DNA of 64,000 nucleotides, taken from sequence record OU343168.1. One strand, given 5' to 3'. The translations under genes were made by a program, and so were the position numbers. Shown piece after piece: positions 27,472 through 37,544 of the stretch. The notes under the pieces are model-generated. The model did not search any database, was not told where the DNA came from, and worked only from the letters and a program-made list of their open reading frames with translations. The first letter of the stretch is position 1; each line of letters starts with the position of its first letter.

Positions 27472-28053
27472 ATGTCATTAGGAATATTCACCATGAGTAT
27501 GAGTACTGCTAAAAGGGGTAACTTTTCTACGTCCCCCGGCAAGGAAGACGATGATCTTCCTCTGCACGAGATCCGGGATGCCTTTAATCCCGCGTTTGTG
27601 AAAACGTTTGACAAACTGGGCCTCGACCCACAATTGATTAAAGAGTTTATTTACGCGCTTGATCTGCTCGACAACATCGTTAAGACCCCCAACTTCGTAT
27701 CGGGCAGAATTCTGAATAACCGAGATATTGAAGCATACGGCGAAGAAGCGGTCTTCGCGTTCAACCGGAATAACAACATCCCGTACTACTACGTACGGTT
27801 GGGTATTACCGTGTCGGAAACGGTGTACAAATTGCAGGACGAGTTTCTGGAACGTGATTATCCCAAAACGATCCTGAGTATTCTCCGCCCCATGCGCACA
27901 CCCGGTATTGACGTGACTGTAGACGGTCACCCTTACAACGTAGGGATCACCTTCAAAACACCTCATCCTTTGTTCGGTTTGGTGAATTACCAAGATCTCC
28001 GGACTGGGGTGAACACTTCAGTCCCCTTCCTACTCACTCGGGTGGGACTTTGA
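27472..28053 (+). CDS. Hypothetical early protein
   Basis: Behind promoter 27395; start may be the later ATG at 27493 (SD AGGA). Confidence 0.65.
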   Translation: MSLGIFTMSMSTAKRGNFSTSPGKEDDDLPLHEIRDAFNPAFVKTFDKLGLDPQLIKEFIYALDLLDNIVKTPNFVSGRILNNRDIEAYGEEAVFAFNRNNNIPYYYVRLGITVSETVYKLQDEFLERDYPKTILSILRPMRTPGIDVTVDGHPYNVGITFKTPHPLFGLVNYQDLRTGVNTSVPFLLTRVGL

Positions 28054-28153
28054 TCCTCTACCTGCTCCACTGGGCTTAACGCTCCGGTGGAGCGGGGTAG
28101 GGGTTATTACCGCTTTAAATTTTTCAATACACCAACCCAAAAAGGTAATAACC

Positions 28154-29038
28154 ATGCCGAAGAATGAGAACAATCCTGATAAACAAGGTCTTACGTCTAT
28201 CTCTGATGAAGACTTGAATAAGGCACTCAACGAACTGGACGACGCAGGGGAAGACGTAACTCCGATGTCCAAAGAGACCGCTACGCAGCATCCGGGTACG
28301 TCGGACATCCTCAACCGCTATTCTCACCCCGCCCTTCAGCCGAAGAAGGGAACCCCTGAATACATCGAGTGGAAAGCCGCTCTCAAACAGGAAGAGGACC
28401 GATTAGTGGAATCCTTGAAGACTTCGGTGACCCGGGAACATGAAGAGAATGTCCTGAAAGGAAATACCCTGGGTACTAAACCGAAGACCAAGCAGGTAGA
28501 AGGCCTGTTGGAGATGGTGGTTCGTAAGAAGGCTGAACTCACCCAAGAAGACACCGTAGACGCCGCAGAACGCGCATTGGCAGCGCTGAAGCGAGTACGG
28601 GAATATAACCGTAAGAAACGTATTCGACTGTGGTCCATTGTTGTTGGGCTCTTGGCGGTTGTGGGAAGTGGTCTCTATGGGGGGTGGATGTTCGTCCAGA
28701 AACAAATGCTCACCGGTCACTATACCGTAGTTGCGGAGTGCAAAGTTCCTTACGGGGATTTTGAAATTACCGGCAAGCGGTACTACCGCTACGCGTATCA
28801 ATCGATTCTGGGTTACCACCTCGTGGATGAGAGTACGGTCGAAGAAGTCACCGAAGTCAAACTCCCTGGGGATAAGATCATTATCCTGGGATTCGATGCG
28901 AGTAAAGGGAACTGGTGGCGGATGAACTATGACCGGGGAGAATTCGGTACCGTTAAACTCAAACCTACAGATAAGTACTGGTTCGTCGGCGAGAAAGATC
29001 GTACAACCCTGGTACCTTATCACTCGTTCTGCCATTAA
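28154..29038 (+). CDS. Single-pass membrane protein
   Basis: Basic stop-transfer RKKRIR then LWSIVVGLLAVVGSGLYGGWMFV; C-terminal beta domain predicted periplasmic. Confidence 0.7.
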   Translation: MPKNENNPDKQGLTSISDEDLNKALNELDDAGEDVTPMSKETATQHPGTSDILNRYSHPALQPKKGTPEYIEWKAALKQEEDRLVESLKTSVTREHEENVLKGNTLGTKPKTKQVEGLLEMVVRKKAELTQEDTVDAAERALAALKRVREYNRKKRIRLWSIVVGLLAVVGSGLYGGWMFVQKQMLTGHYTVVAECKVPYGDFEITGKRYYRYAYQSILGYHLVDESTVEEVTEVKLPGDKIIILGFDASKGNWWRMNYDRGEFGTVKLKPTDKYWFVGEKDRTTLVPYHSFCH

Positions 29039-29067
29039 ACGGTAACCTTACCGAGGGAATCAATCCC

Positions 29068-29646
29068 ATGCTGAATACCTCAGACCAACCTGTGGGTCTC
29101 TTGTCCAGTCAACTGTACATCGATCCCAACGATGGTTCTTTCTTCATTGGTCATTTGGAAAAGTCCCACAAGAAACGGTGCCACTTAGTACGCCACAAGC
29201 TCCAATACGCTATCCGGTATTATTCGTCCGTTAAACTGCCTGATGGGTGGTTGGTGGGGATTAGTGATCGGGAGGCAAGCCGGTATTATTTCTTCCCCAC
29301 CCAGGGAAGACGGAGGACTATTCAGGTTCCTTTACCCAGTACAGCGTACCGGGAGATATGGTTTAACCTGTTTAAAGGGCTCTGGATGACCGGTAGCCGG
29401 GAGGTTATCTACCTGCACAGTGTGGCGTATCCCCATCTCATGGAGCTCTTGAACGAATCCTTAGTCCCCAGAGTGATTTCTGTTGAAGGTGAATGGAAAG
29501 GGGAAGGGTATATTGCGTCTCTGGAATGGAAGCCTGAAAAACCCGGTCGGTTGATCGTAACAACGACCTTGGATAATGCTAAAGACCACAGTGTTCCGAT
29601 CCAATGGCATCCCATTGATGCAGTGGTTCGTCTCATCCGAAAGTAA
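29068..29646 (+). CDS. Hypothetical protein
   Basis: SD GAGGG; same-strand operon. Confidence 0.65.
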   Translation: MLNTSDQPVGLLSSQLYIDPNDGSFFIGHLEKSHKKRCHLVRHKLQYAIRYYSSVKLPDGWLVGISDREASRYYFFPTQGRRRTIQVPLPSTAYREIWFNLFKGLWMTGSREVIYLHSVAYPHLMELLNESLVPRVISVEGEWKGEGYIASLEWKPEKPGRLIVTTTLDNAKDHSVPIQWHPIDAVVRLIRK

Positions 29647-29658
29647 GAGGATTACATC

Positions 29659-30522
29659 ATGAAAGAAGAAAACCAGAAGAAGACCAACAGTTTCCAACGT
29701 GGCGATGTTCGGGTAGTGTCTTCTAAGACGCATCCCGGCAAATCTAAACTCCTCCCAGTAAACCTTATGGGACCGGATACGATCGAGAACCCTGACCAAC
29801 TGGTCCTCCGAGTTCATCACCGTCTGACCGAAGGCCAGAAAGCGTTCTACCACACCCTGGAAACCTACGGGCTGTGTAAGGCCTACAGTTCGTCACCCGA
29901 TCCTCGCACGTTGGTGATCAACATCGCTACCGGTCTTCCCCACACCAAGGAAGAGAAAGACGCCCCTCGCCGCAGCATCGAGCTGGACGCCGGCATTATC
30001 CTCTATGCGGTTATCAGCGAACGGGAGGGCGGGGCCTTCAAGATCGTTATCGTGGGGACCGCTACCCATACGTCTTATTTGGTGATCCGTGAAGACGTTG
30101 CCTTCTCGTTTATCATCGATAAGGTGTCGTTGTCGGTTCAGGATGCGGTGGTCGCCCTGTACGCCAGCAACCTCAGCAAAGGCCGGGGTCTCTTCGAGAA
30201 CACCGCTAAACACCTTCCGGACTTCTTCTACAAGCTGTTTAAAGCGGTCTTCCCGGAAATGGTTCGTCTGGAATTCACGATCACCCACATTCATGAAGAC
30301 AGTGTTCGTGTTGCACTGTACTGGGATCCTAGGGGACCTAACAAGAATCTCATTGCCTGCAATGGGTTTGTCTTCCCGTTGGACATTTCCCAGTTCCCGG
30401 GTAAACAAATCTCCCGGGGGTATAACCTCCAGAAGAAAGAAACCCGGCATGTCACCCACAAACAAAAGGGATCTGACCTGTCAGTCAATACCCAGCGTCT
30501 GTTGGAAAAGTTCTCGAAATAG
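29659..30522 (+). CDS. Hypothetical protein
   Basis: SD GAGG; followed by a hairpin. Confidence 0.7.
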   Translation: MKEENQKKTNSFQRGDVRVVSSKTHPGKSKLLPVNLMGPDTIENPDQLVLRVHHRLTEGQKAFYHTLETYGLCKAYSSSPDPRTLVINIATGLPHTKEEKDAPRRSIELDAGIILYAVISEREGGAFKIVIVGTATHTSYLVIREDVAFSFIIDKVSLSVQDAVVALYASNLSKGRGLFENTAKHLPDFFYKLFKAVFPEMVRLEFTITHIHEDSVRVALYWDPRGPNKNLIACNGFVFPLDISQFPGKQISRGYNLQKKETRHVTHKQKGSDLSVNTQRLLEKFSK

Positions 30523-30533
30523 TCTGTGAGTAC

Positions 30534-30559
30534 GAGGCGGGGGGTAACACCCCCGCCTC
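30534..30559 (+). terminator. Hairpin
   Basis: GAGGCGGGGG/CCCCCGCCTC. Confidence 0.6.
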
Positions 30560-30605
30560 TATCTATGCTGTAACGCGCTGTAACACCCTTTAAAGAGTTT
30601 TTAAC

Positions 30606-31106
30606 ATGAAAGGTACCCTACCCCATTACCAGATCAGAATTATCGCTAGAAGTGCCTTTACAGACGATTTAAAGGAGAGACTCAAACCACTGTATGAAAA
30701 CCTCTTCCACCACGAACTCCATCTCGTCATCGGTACTAAAACAACCCGTAAGCTGTTTAAACCCTCCGCGCGTAGACATCCCCATCCCTCCGTTATTGAG
30801 AAACGGTACGAAGACTTCTTCAAAATAACCGACAAGATAGTACTCGTTACTCACTTGGGAGAAGCCGTGGGATATCTGGCGGTGGTTAAGAACAAGATCA
30901 CCTCACTCTTTGTTGAAGAAGACTTCCGGAAGCTAGGCTTAGGGCGGATCATGGTGTCCAAGTTACAACGGGGTGGACATCCTGTGAACCGGTTCCTCTA
31001 CGTTCAATGCTTTACCCAGAATACAGCTGGTATCAACTTCTACCGGAAAGTTGGGTTTAAGGAAATTGACAGAGGAGAGATCTACACGGTTTTGTTAATG
31101 GAATAA
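30606..31106 (+). CDS. GNAT family acetyltransferase (second copy)
   Basis: SLFVEEDFRKLGLGRIMV and N-x2-G-x2-FYRKVGF. Confidence 0.85.
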   Translation: MKGTLPHYQIRIIARSAFTDDLKERLKPLYENLFHHELHLVIGTKTTRKLFKPSARRHPHPSVIEKRYEDFFKITDKIVLVTHLGEAVGYLAVVKNKITSLFVEEDFRKLGLGRIMVSKLQRGGHPVNRFLYVQCFTQNTAGINFYRKVGFKEIDRGEIYTVLLME

Positions 31107-31114
31107 ACACCGTA

Positions 31115-31144
31115 CTAGGAGTAGCCCATAAGGGCTACTCCTAG
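31115..31144. terminator. Bidirectional hairpin between convergent genes
   Basis: CTAGGAGTAGCCC/GGGCTACTCCTAG. Confidence 0.75.
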
Positions 31145-31164
31145 GGGTGTATTTTATTTTTGTT

Positions 31165-32091
31165 TCAAAAGAAGCGGTAGATATCACGGTAGCGTCCTGC
31201 TTGGTAGTAATCTCCTGATCCAATGGTGGAGGAATTAACACCCCCTACCAGGTAAATCCCACTGTCATCCGTGAGCATCTCAAAGGCATACCGTTTTGTT
31301 ACCGTGGTCATTTGCTTGTACCAACGGTCTTTCAGTATGTCGTAAATATGGAACACGATGTAACCGTTTTCAACACCACAGAGAATCAGAAACTGTTTCC
31401 ACGAAGTCCCCCCAGTCCAACTACTGGCAATAGGTGCTTCTGTTACCGTTCTCCAGGTGTTGGTAACGGGATCGTATTCCCTGACCAATCTTGACGTACC
31501 CGCGGGGTCGTTCCATCCCCCGAATACATAGATCTTTCCATTGAACTGTCCGATGTAATGCCCATTGAGCGCCATCGGCATATCCGCTTTACGGGTCCAG
31601 ACGTTGGTGGTGGTGTCATACTGGTGGTTGAGGGCTGTGGGTTTATTGGTACTCCCCATGTAACCCCCCATGCAGAAGATCGTCTTATCATCCAGGGTAA
31701 TACACCGACCTTGTCCTCGGGCTCCATCCGGGAGGTTATTCAAGTTCGTTGAAGACCCTGTTGAAGGATTCAATTTCCACACGTGACTCACATAGTTCCC
31801 ATTATTACCGGTAATACCCCAGAAGGAACTGTTGCAGTAACACCCGCCACTCCAGGCCCATACGGAGATATTCCCGGTAGTGGCCCACGTACGGGTGGTA
31901 AAGTCATAACGGGTATACGTCTGTTGTTGACCCCCACCGGCAAACTGACCTCCGAAGATATGAATCTTCCCTCCACCGATACCCGCACTGAAGTTAGCAA
32001 TACCGTTGAAAGGAACTTGAGTCACCCATTCCATTCGTCCCAGAATGTAGGGGTTATCATCAGAAAGGGTAAATAGTTGACTCTCTAACAT
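31165..32091 (-). CDS. Kelch-repeat beta-propeller protein
   Basis: Repeats with GG...Y-D...W (IHIFGG, FCMGGY, IYVFGGW..YDPVTNTWR, IYLVGG). Confidence 0.85.
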   Translation of the reverse strand: MLESQLFTLSDDNPYILGRMEWVTQVPFNGIANFSAGIGGGKIHIFGGQFAGGGQQQTYTRYDFTTRTWATTGNISVWAWSGGCYCNSSFWGITGNNGNYVSHVWKLNPSTGSSTNLNNLPDGARGQGRCITLDDKTIFCMGGYMGSTNKPTALNHQYDTTTNVWTRKADMPMALNGHYIGQFNGKIYVFGGWNDPAGTSRLVREYDPVTNTWRTVTEAPIASSWTGGTSWKQFLILCGVENGYIVFHIYDILKDRWYKQMTTVTKRYAFEMLTDDSGIYLVGGVNSSTIGSGDYYQAGRYRDIYRFF

Positions 32092-32136
32092 GAAGCCGCT
32101 CCTAAAGAGAGGGAGTTAATCCCTCTCTTACTGATT

Positions 32137-32805
32137 TCAGTTCAACACAAACAAAGGACCCGGAACGGAAGGCAGTTCCTCTGCGTCGGTGGCTGCTTCG
32201 GCTCTATCCATAAGGGACCATATCGTTTCCAGTCCTTCCTGGATACGGGAAGTCACTTCGTTGGACAAGTCAATGGTTTCTTGAGCGGTCAGGGAAAGTG
32301 TTACACCTTCCTTGGTGCGAATAGAAGCGGAGAAGGGTTTCTCCTCACGCAATGCTTCTTTCGCCTGGATACTCAAGGCCGTCAAATGGATTCGGTGGGT
32401 GGATTCGATCAAGAGGGTGTGGACCGTCTCCCCGAATCGCACTTCCATGCCTGTGTAGAAAGCCGCCGCAATCACATTCTGGATTTCATTCTTACGAATG
32501 TCCTTAGCGGATCGGAGGCGTTCTGCGACTTCCTCAGGGGTAAAGTCCCGAGTGGTCCACTGCTGGGTCCAATACCCATCAATCTGTTTAGGGGGGAGTT
32601 CAACCGGTACATCCCCGGCGGGTGGTTGGGTCAATTGAACGACAGCCATCAGGAAGGGTTCTCCTTCCAAGGCACTGGCTTGTAGCTTACTGGGAATGGG
32701 CCAGTCAGGGAACTTCTTCCGAACATCCTCAATGTAAAGAGGATATTCCCCCGTGCGCGTATCAATCAAGGCGGTGCTTTCATATACCACGGTTACCTTA
32801 TCCAT
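32137..32805 (-). CDS. Tail fibre assembly protein (DUF4376-like)
   Basis: P-x3-DG-x-W-x-QQW segment and C-terminal helical DUF4376-type pattern; SD AGGAG before MDKV. Confidence 0.65.
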   Translation of the reverse strand: MDKVTVVYESTALIDTRTGEYPLYIEDVRKKFPDWPIPSKLQASALEGEPFLMAVVQLTQPPAGDVPVELPPKQIDGYWTQQWTTRDFTPEEVAERLRSAKDIRKNEIQNVIAAAFYTGMEVRFGETVHTLLIESTHRIHLTALSIQAKEALREEKPFSASIRTKEGVTLSLTAQETIDLSNEVTSRIQEGLETIWSLMDRAEAATDAEELPSVPGPLFVLN

Positions 32806-32819
32806 ACTCATTCTCCTCA

Positions 32820-34322
32820 TTACGTGATTTTAATTCGATACCCTTGGGAACCGCCAAAGAGGTAGAGGGCTTGGTTGTAGTTCACCCCCCACGCACTCGT
32901 AGCAACACCCGAGCCCAAACTTCCCAATAGCACCCACTTGTTCAACCGAGGTTCAAAATACTGAATTGGTTGATCATTAACACTCCCCGCAATCGCGTAG
33001 AGTTCTCCATTGTTCCCCAGTACAAAGGCTGCACCAACTGGGATACCAGGAAGAGTCACCGTTGTCCAGGTGTTCGTAGCCGGGTTATACTGGTACATCC
33101 CAGGGTTGTTCGCCCCCGCCACTACCCCACCAATAACACTCACCTTCCCTTGGTAAACCATTACCGTAAAGTCAGAACAATCTCCACTCTCAGCGAAGGC
33201 CTTAAGGACAGTGTGGGTATTGGCAATAGGATCGTACTCAATCAAGAAGCCTTTATTCGTGGTGGGGGTTCCTGACTGTACTCCACAGATGTACACCTTC
33301 CCATTGAGATAAACCGCTCCACCTGTCAGCGGAGTCAGGGGCATATTAGGTAAACGGGTAACGATGTTCGTAGTGGGATTGTACCCGTACGCGTCATTCG
33401 CACCGCCCCCTAGGAAGTACAGGGTATCCTTACCGTCAGAAACCAGAATGGAGTTCTTCCGAGAGGGATTGGCGGGCCCTGTTGGACTCAGGGTTTCAAG
33501 CGCTCGTGTTTCGAAGTTAACCCGACGGAACTCCCGGGTAGCGGTCTCTACTCCACCGTAGTAGTAGATATGGTTCCCATGGACACACCCCCGCCCGGTA
33601 TTGAATAGCAATGAACCCGGCCAGTTATCCATCGCCTCACTCTGACCTTCAATAAACGGGTACGACCCCTTGGCATACAGAATAGGACGCCATCCTTGAG
33701 TAGGGACTTCAGAATCACTGGCGGAGTACGTGACATTCTTAATGGTGTACCACCCTCGATACGCTTGAGTGGTACCGGGTTCATTACCCGTAATGTCTTT
33801 ACCCCAGTTGGTATTCCCGTCAGTATTCCCACCACTGGCCGCTTGATTCATCCCCAGTTCTGCATCCGTGAACCGAGTGGGCCAGTTGAATCCATTGGGA
33901 TCTGATACATGGACGTTATACAACAACCGGTCCCATTCAGACGTTGCCGTATTGCCATCACTCCCCATGGTCAAGAGACCCACGGTGTAAATAACCCCTC
34001 GGTACCGGAGCTCATAGCTCCCTGTCCGTAGACCGGCTTGGGTCAACAGAATACGCCGAACATTATTCCGGATCGGCATTTGAGGAATGTAACAGGTTTC
34101 ATTGTGGTTCGAAAACTTCAACCACGGTTTGCCTTCATTGATCACTTTACCAAAGGCAATCCCAGTGAGTTTCGCTAAATCTTCGTAACCAAACAGTTCT
34201 GTCGCAGGAGTAATCCCGTACCATCCTTGCGCAGGACTACCTGCTTTCAGTTTAGAAGGCCCCGGATAAGGATCGTCCGGAAAGGCATTCGCGGTCGATG
34301 TAAAGAGTAACGCTTCTATCAT
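32820..34322 (-). CDS. Virion protein: phiKZ gp131-like N-terminal domain fused to Kelch propeller
   Basis: YPGP..L..G....GWYG...ELF...L...G...G..IN...WLKF.....IP..PI N-terminus; C-terminal YYYGG, YFLGGG, SVIGG, YLFGG Kelch repeats. Confidence 0.7.
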   Translation of the reverse strand: MIEALLFTSTANAFPDDPYPGPSKLKAGSPAQGWYGITPATELFGYEDLAKLTGIAFGKVINEGKPWLKFSNHNETCYIPQMPIRNNVRRILLTQAGLRTGSYELRYRGVIYTVGLLTMGSDGNTATSEWDRLLYNVHVSDPNGFNWPTRFTDAELGMNQAASGGNTDGNTNWGKDITGNEPGTTQAYRGWYTIKNVTYSASDSEVPTQGWRPILYAKGSYPFIEGQSEAMDNWPGSLLFNTGRGCVHGNHIYYYGGVETATREFRRVNFETRALETLSPTGPANPSRKNSILVSDGKDTLYFLGGGANDAYGYNPTTNIVTRLPNMPLTPLTGGAVYLNGKVYICGVQSGTPTTNKGFLIEYDPIANTHTVLKAFAESGDCSDFTVMVYQGKVSVIGGVVAGANNPGMYQYNPATNTWTTVTLPGIPVGAAFVLGNNGELYAIAGSVNDQPIQYFEPRLNKWVLLGSLGSGVATSAWGVNYNQALYLFGGSQGYRIKIT

Positions 34323-34386
34323 GATGACTTATACCCCAAAAAGAATACCAGGGAGACCCCGTAGAGCCCCCCTGGTAGTCATACTG

Positions 34387-37300
34387 TTAAGGAACAACAG
34401 CACCCAACGCACCAATCCACTTGGTTCCATTCCAAGTAAAGACGTAGACCAGTTCAGATCCACTGACGGATGGGGGAGTTCCGTTATGCCACACCAAGGG
34501 TGTTGCATCCTTACCGGAGAAGGTCACAACACCCGCTCCGCCGGTGACATTAACCGTCAGGACCATCCCCCGTACCGGGGCTTTAGGTCCATCAGCAATC
34601 ACCATTTGCTTACCCCCCGCCGCGGTGTTATTGATCTGGATGTACTGATCCACCAACGGATTGATTTCCCCACTGGTCGTAAAGACCTTAATCGGCAAAT
34701 CATAGCGGTCAAAGGTGAGCTCCAGTTCCTTCCATTCAGGAATATCCGTGCCGGCACGGAAGACCCGAACGTACTGTTTACCATCCTTGGCTTGGAGGTC
34801 TTCAATACCCTTCGGAAACTCAATGGCTTTCCATTCGGTACCGTCACCTTCTGCATTGACAGCCTGGGCGTAATACGTCCCCGCAACCGCATTCGGCACG
34901 GGACCAATAGGGAGGGGTACCCAACGGTTACCCAACCGAACAACTCGGCCTTCAGACTCCATGGGGGAATTGACATCACCTGCCACCAAACGTCCCCACA
35001 GGACCCAACCCCGATCAACGGTCTTGTAGAAGACGTTGAAGGTCTCAGAGACTGCCCAGTCACCGACTCGACCACTGAAGGCATCCGATGGTGCGTCTAC
35101 ACCCGGCGGCAACGTAAGCCACCGGCTGCCTTGCTCGCCTTGAATACCGGGTTTCCCTTGAGGGCCGGGAGGACCATCACCCCCGGTCTTACCGGTTTGA
35201 CCGCGCCATTCACCGGTTTCACGCCAGGCGTTAGTCGACGTACTCCAGATGGCTAGGGTGTTGGACTCCGCCAGGTAATACGCATCCCCCGCAACCCCCG
35301 CAGGAATAGCCGCTTGTAAAGCCGCCAGGTTCGCATAATCCCCTTTAATGGGCACCGCAGGGCCTTCGGGGCCTTGTTCACCCCGTTCCCCGTTCTTACC
35401 CGGTTCACCCCGGAAGTCAAACCCAGGACTCCACTCGCGCTCATCATTCACGAAATACGTTAAATGATTCTCCAGAACGAGGATAGCGTCACCTTGCTTA
35501 TAATCACCTGCCGCAGGCAGTTCTGCCAAGGTGGGCACCACATCCACCATGTTCAACCCAGCACCGGGAGCGCCATCACTCCCTGGCATGGACACCGGAC
35601 CCACGTTATCCCAACGAGTTCCGGTATTCACCCAGAGGTCTTTATTCAGGTCAACGTAGGCTTTACCTTGAGTTTCCTCGTTAATCGGAGGAGGATCGGC
35701 ATCCGCAGGTGTCAGGACCTTAATGATGTCCAAGGACTTACCATTCAGGCCATCCTTACCGTTCTCACCATCCTTCCCTTTAAAGACACCCAGATTCGCC
35801 CACGCATTCGAAATGAATCCATAGATCGCGTTTTCATCACGAACCGCATAGACCCATTGATCTTCAGGATCCGCAGGAAGGTCCGCTACTGTGTCAACCA
35901 CACCCCGAAGAACAATGTTGGTGCCGTTACGTCCATGGAGGCTGGCTAGGAACTCCTCTTCACTCCCAGTATTCCCTTTGGAAATCCAGAGTTCATACGT
36001 GGACTGACCATCGATACCGTCTTTCCCTTTAAAGGGACCCAGGTCCAACCAGGTCGAACTCGCTGCACTCCATACGTACAACCGAAGGGTGTCTCGTGTC
36101 ACATACCCGTCTTGGTTAGCCGGAGGGTTGGGTAGGTTGTCCAGATCAGCACGGGTCCCTACAGTCCCCAAGACATTCAGGTTCTCACCAGGTTCGCCTT
36201 TCATGGCCGCCCAGTAATCATCTTCCGTCTTACCTTGGTTCTCGGGTTTATTCAACCAGACCTGAACACTGTTCAGACCACCCGGTCCTACATCACCCTT
36301 ATCCCCTTTAAACCCCCCCAGCTTCCGCCACGCGCTGTTCAGGTAGATGTACAGGGTATTCTCATCCTGAACCGAATAAACATCCTGTTCTACACCGGGG
36401 TTGGGGAGGTCATCTATGGTCGCTACGGTGTCTTTAACGATCAAATTACGACCGTCAACACCGTTTCTACCATCTTCTCCCTTGAATTTACCCAGAATTA
36501 CCCAGTTATTCTCAATCCACATACGGACTGTATTGTCCGCGCGAACCGACCAGGCATCCTGTTCAGCCGCGTTACTCGGGAGTTCACTGGCCAGGTCTAC
36601 CGCCCCTTTCACCACGATACTCTTACCGTCGGTACCGTCCTTACCGTCCTTGCCCTTATACTGACCGACATCAACCCAATCCGTACGGTCTGCAATGTAG
36701 ATCCACAGGTGGCCCGTATCCAACGTCACCCAGCCATGTTGATCAACCGGGTCTTTAGCATTCAGCGCATTACGGTCAGCCACCGTTCCCTGTACCTGAA
36801 GGTTAGCCCCGCGTTCACCCCGAATGGCTTCCTGCCACTCTGTAATGGTTTTGTTCTCGTTACCGGGAATCTTCTTCCAGGTTTCGAACGCATCATCTCC
36901 CTGAGCACCTTTATCTCCTCGTTGGGAAGCCAGGAATTCCTGAAGGGTCTTTTCTTCATTCCCAGGAATCTCTTTCCACAGCTCGAAGGTACTCTTGCCG
37001 TCAGGACCTCGAATGTTCAAACTTTCCCAGACAAACTCACCTGCTGTTTTACCCGGAACCAGAACATGGATATCATTCCGCCACAGGTAGGCATCTCCGG
37101 GTTTATTCCCTTCAGGCAGTGGGAGATCGAGGTTGTCAGGCCAAACGCCCAACAGGTTAATCCCCCGTTCCCCTTGCAAGGAACCCGAAGACGCCCATTC
37201 GTTACCGTTCCATACCCGTAGGGCAAAGTTAACGAAGTACGCGGTACCGATCGGAAGCTCTTGGGTATCAATAGCTTCCAGTTCAGCTTCCGAATTGAGT

Positions 37301-37527
37301 TTACCTTTAAGAACAACCCCTTGAGTTGAGAGGGATTCTAGACTCTCCTTCAACCACCGGGTACGCGCATCCAACACCCGAGCTTGGAAGTTAGCCGCAC
37401 CCTCGCCGTTGTCTCCCCCGCGAACCCGTACGTCAGTCACCAGAGCCGGGAGGTGTTCTTCCCATCGAGACTCCTCGACAATCGCCGGTAGTTCACCCGG
37501 TGTTACTGTTTCATCGCCAATAGCCAT
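34387..37527 (-). CDS. Collagen-like tail fibre with repeated globular modules
   Basis: Gly-X-Y tracts (GKDGKDGTDG, GEPGKNGERGEQGPEG) alternating with about nine hhhG.V....LP...W..LG.FKG modules and four S-x-E-x-W...GN...EFL.S..G modules; N-terminal ANFQARVLDARTRWLKE anchor. Confidence 0.85.
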   Translation of the reverse strand: MAIGDETVTPGELPAIVEESRWEEHLPALVTDVRVRGGDNGEGAANFQARVLDARTRWLKESLESLSTQGVVLKGKLNSEAELEAIDTQELPIGTAYFVNFALRVWNGNEWASSGSLQGERGINLLGVWPDNLDLPLPEGNKPGDAYLWRNDIHVLVPGKTAGEFVWESLNIRGPDGKSTFELWKEIPGNEEKTLQEFLASQRGDKGAQGDDAFETWKKIPGNENKTITEWQEAIRGERGANLQVQGTVADRNALNAKDPVDQHGWVTLDTGHLWIYIADRTDWVDVGQYKGKDGKDGTDGKSIVVKGAVDLASELPSNAAEQDAWSVRADNTVRMWIENNWVILGKFKGEDGRNGVDGRNLIVKDTVATIDDLPNPGVEQDVYSVQDENTLYIYLNSAWRKLGGFKGDKGDVGPGGLNSVQVWLNKPENQGKTEDDYWAAMKGEPGENLNVLGTVGTRADLDNLPNPPANQDGYVTRDTLRLYVWSAASSTWLDLGPFKGKDGIDGQSTYELWISKGNTGSEEEFLASLHGRNGTNIVLRGVVDTVADLPADPEDQWVYAVRDENAIYGFISNAWANLGVFKGKDGENGKDGLNGKSLDIIKVLTPADADPPPINEETQGKAYVDLNKDLWVNTGTRWDNVGPVSMPGSDGAPGAGLNMVDVVPTLAELPAAGDYKQGDAILVLENHLTYFVNDEREWSPGFDFRGEPGKNGERGEQGPEGPAVPIKGDYANLAALQAAIPAGVAGDAYYLAESNTLAIWSTSTNAWRETGEWRGQTGKTGGDGPPGPQGKPGIQGEQGSRWLTLPPGVDAPSDAFSGRVGDWAVSETFNVFYKTVDRGWVLWGRLVAGDVNSPMESEGRVVRLGNRWVPLPIGPVPNAVAGTYYAQAVNAEGDGTEWKAIEFPKGIEDLQAKDGKQYVRVFRAGTDIPEWKELELTFDRYDLPIKVFTTSGEINPLVDQYIQINNTAAGGKQMVIADGPKAPVRGMVLTVNVTGGAGVVTFSGKDATPLVWHNGTPPSVSGSELVYVFTWNGTKWIGALGAVVP

Positions 37528-37544
37528 TTAAGAAATTCCTCTGA

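Noticed and set aside
34387-37527. DGR or CRISPR-like repeats in the fibre gene
   Set aside because: Repeats are protein-level and diverged in DNA; there is no reverse transcriptase, TR/VR pair or spacer array.
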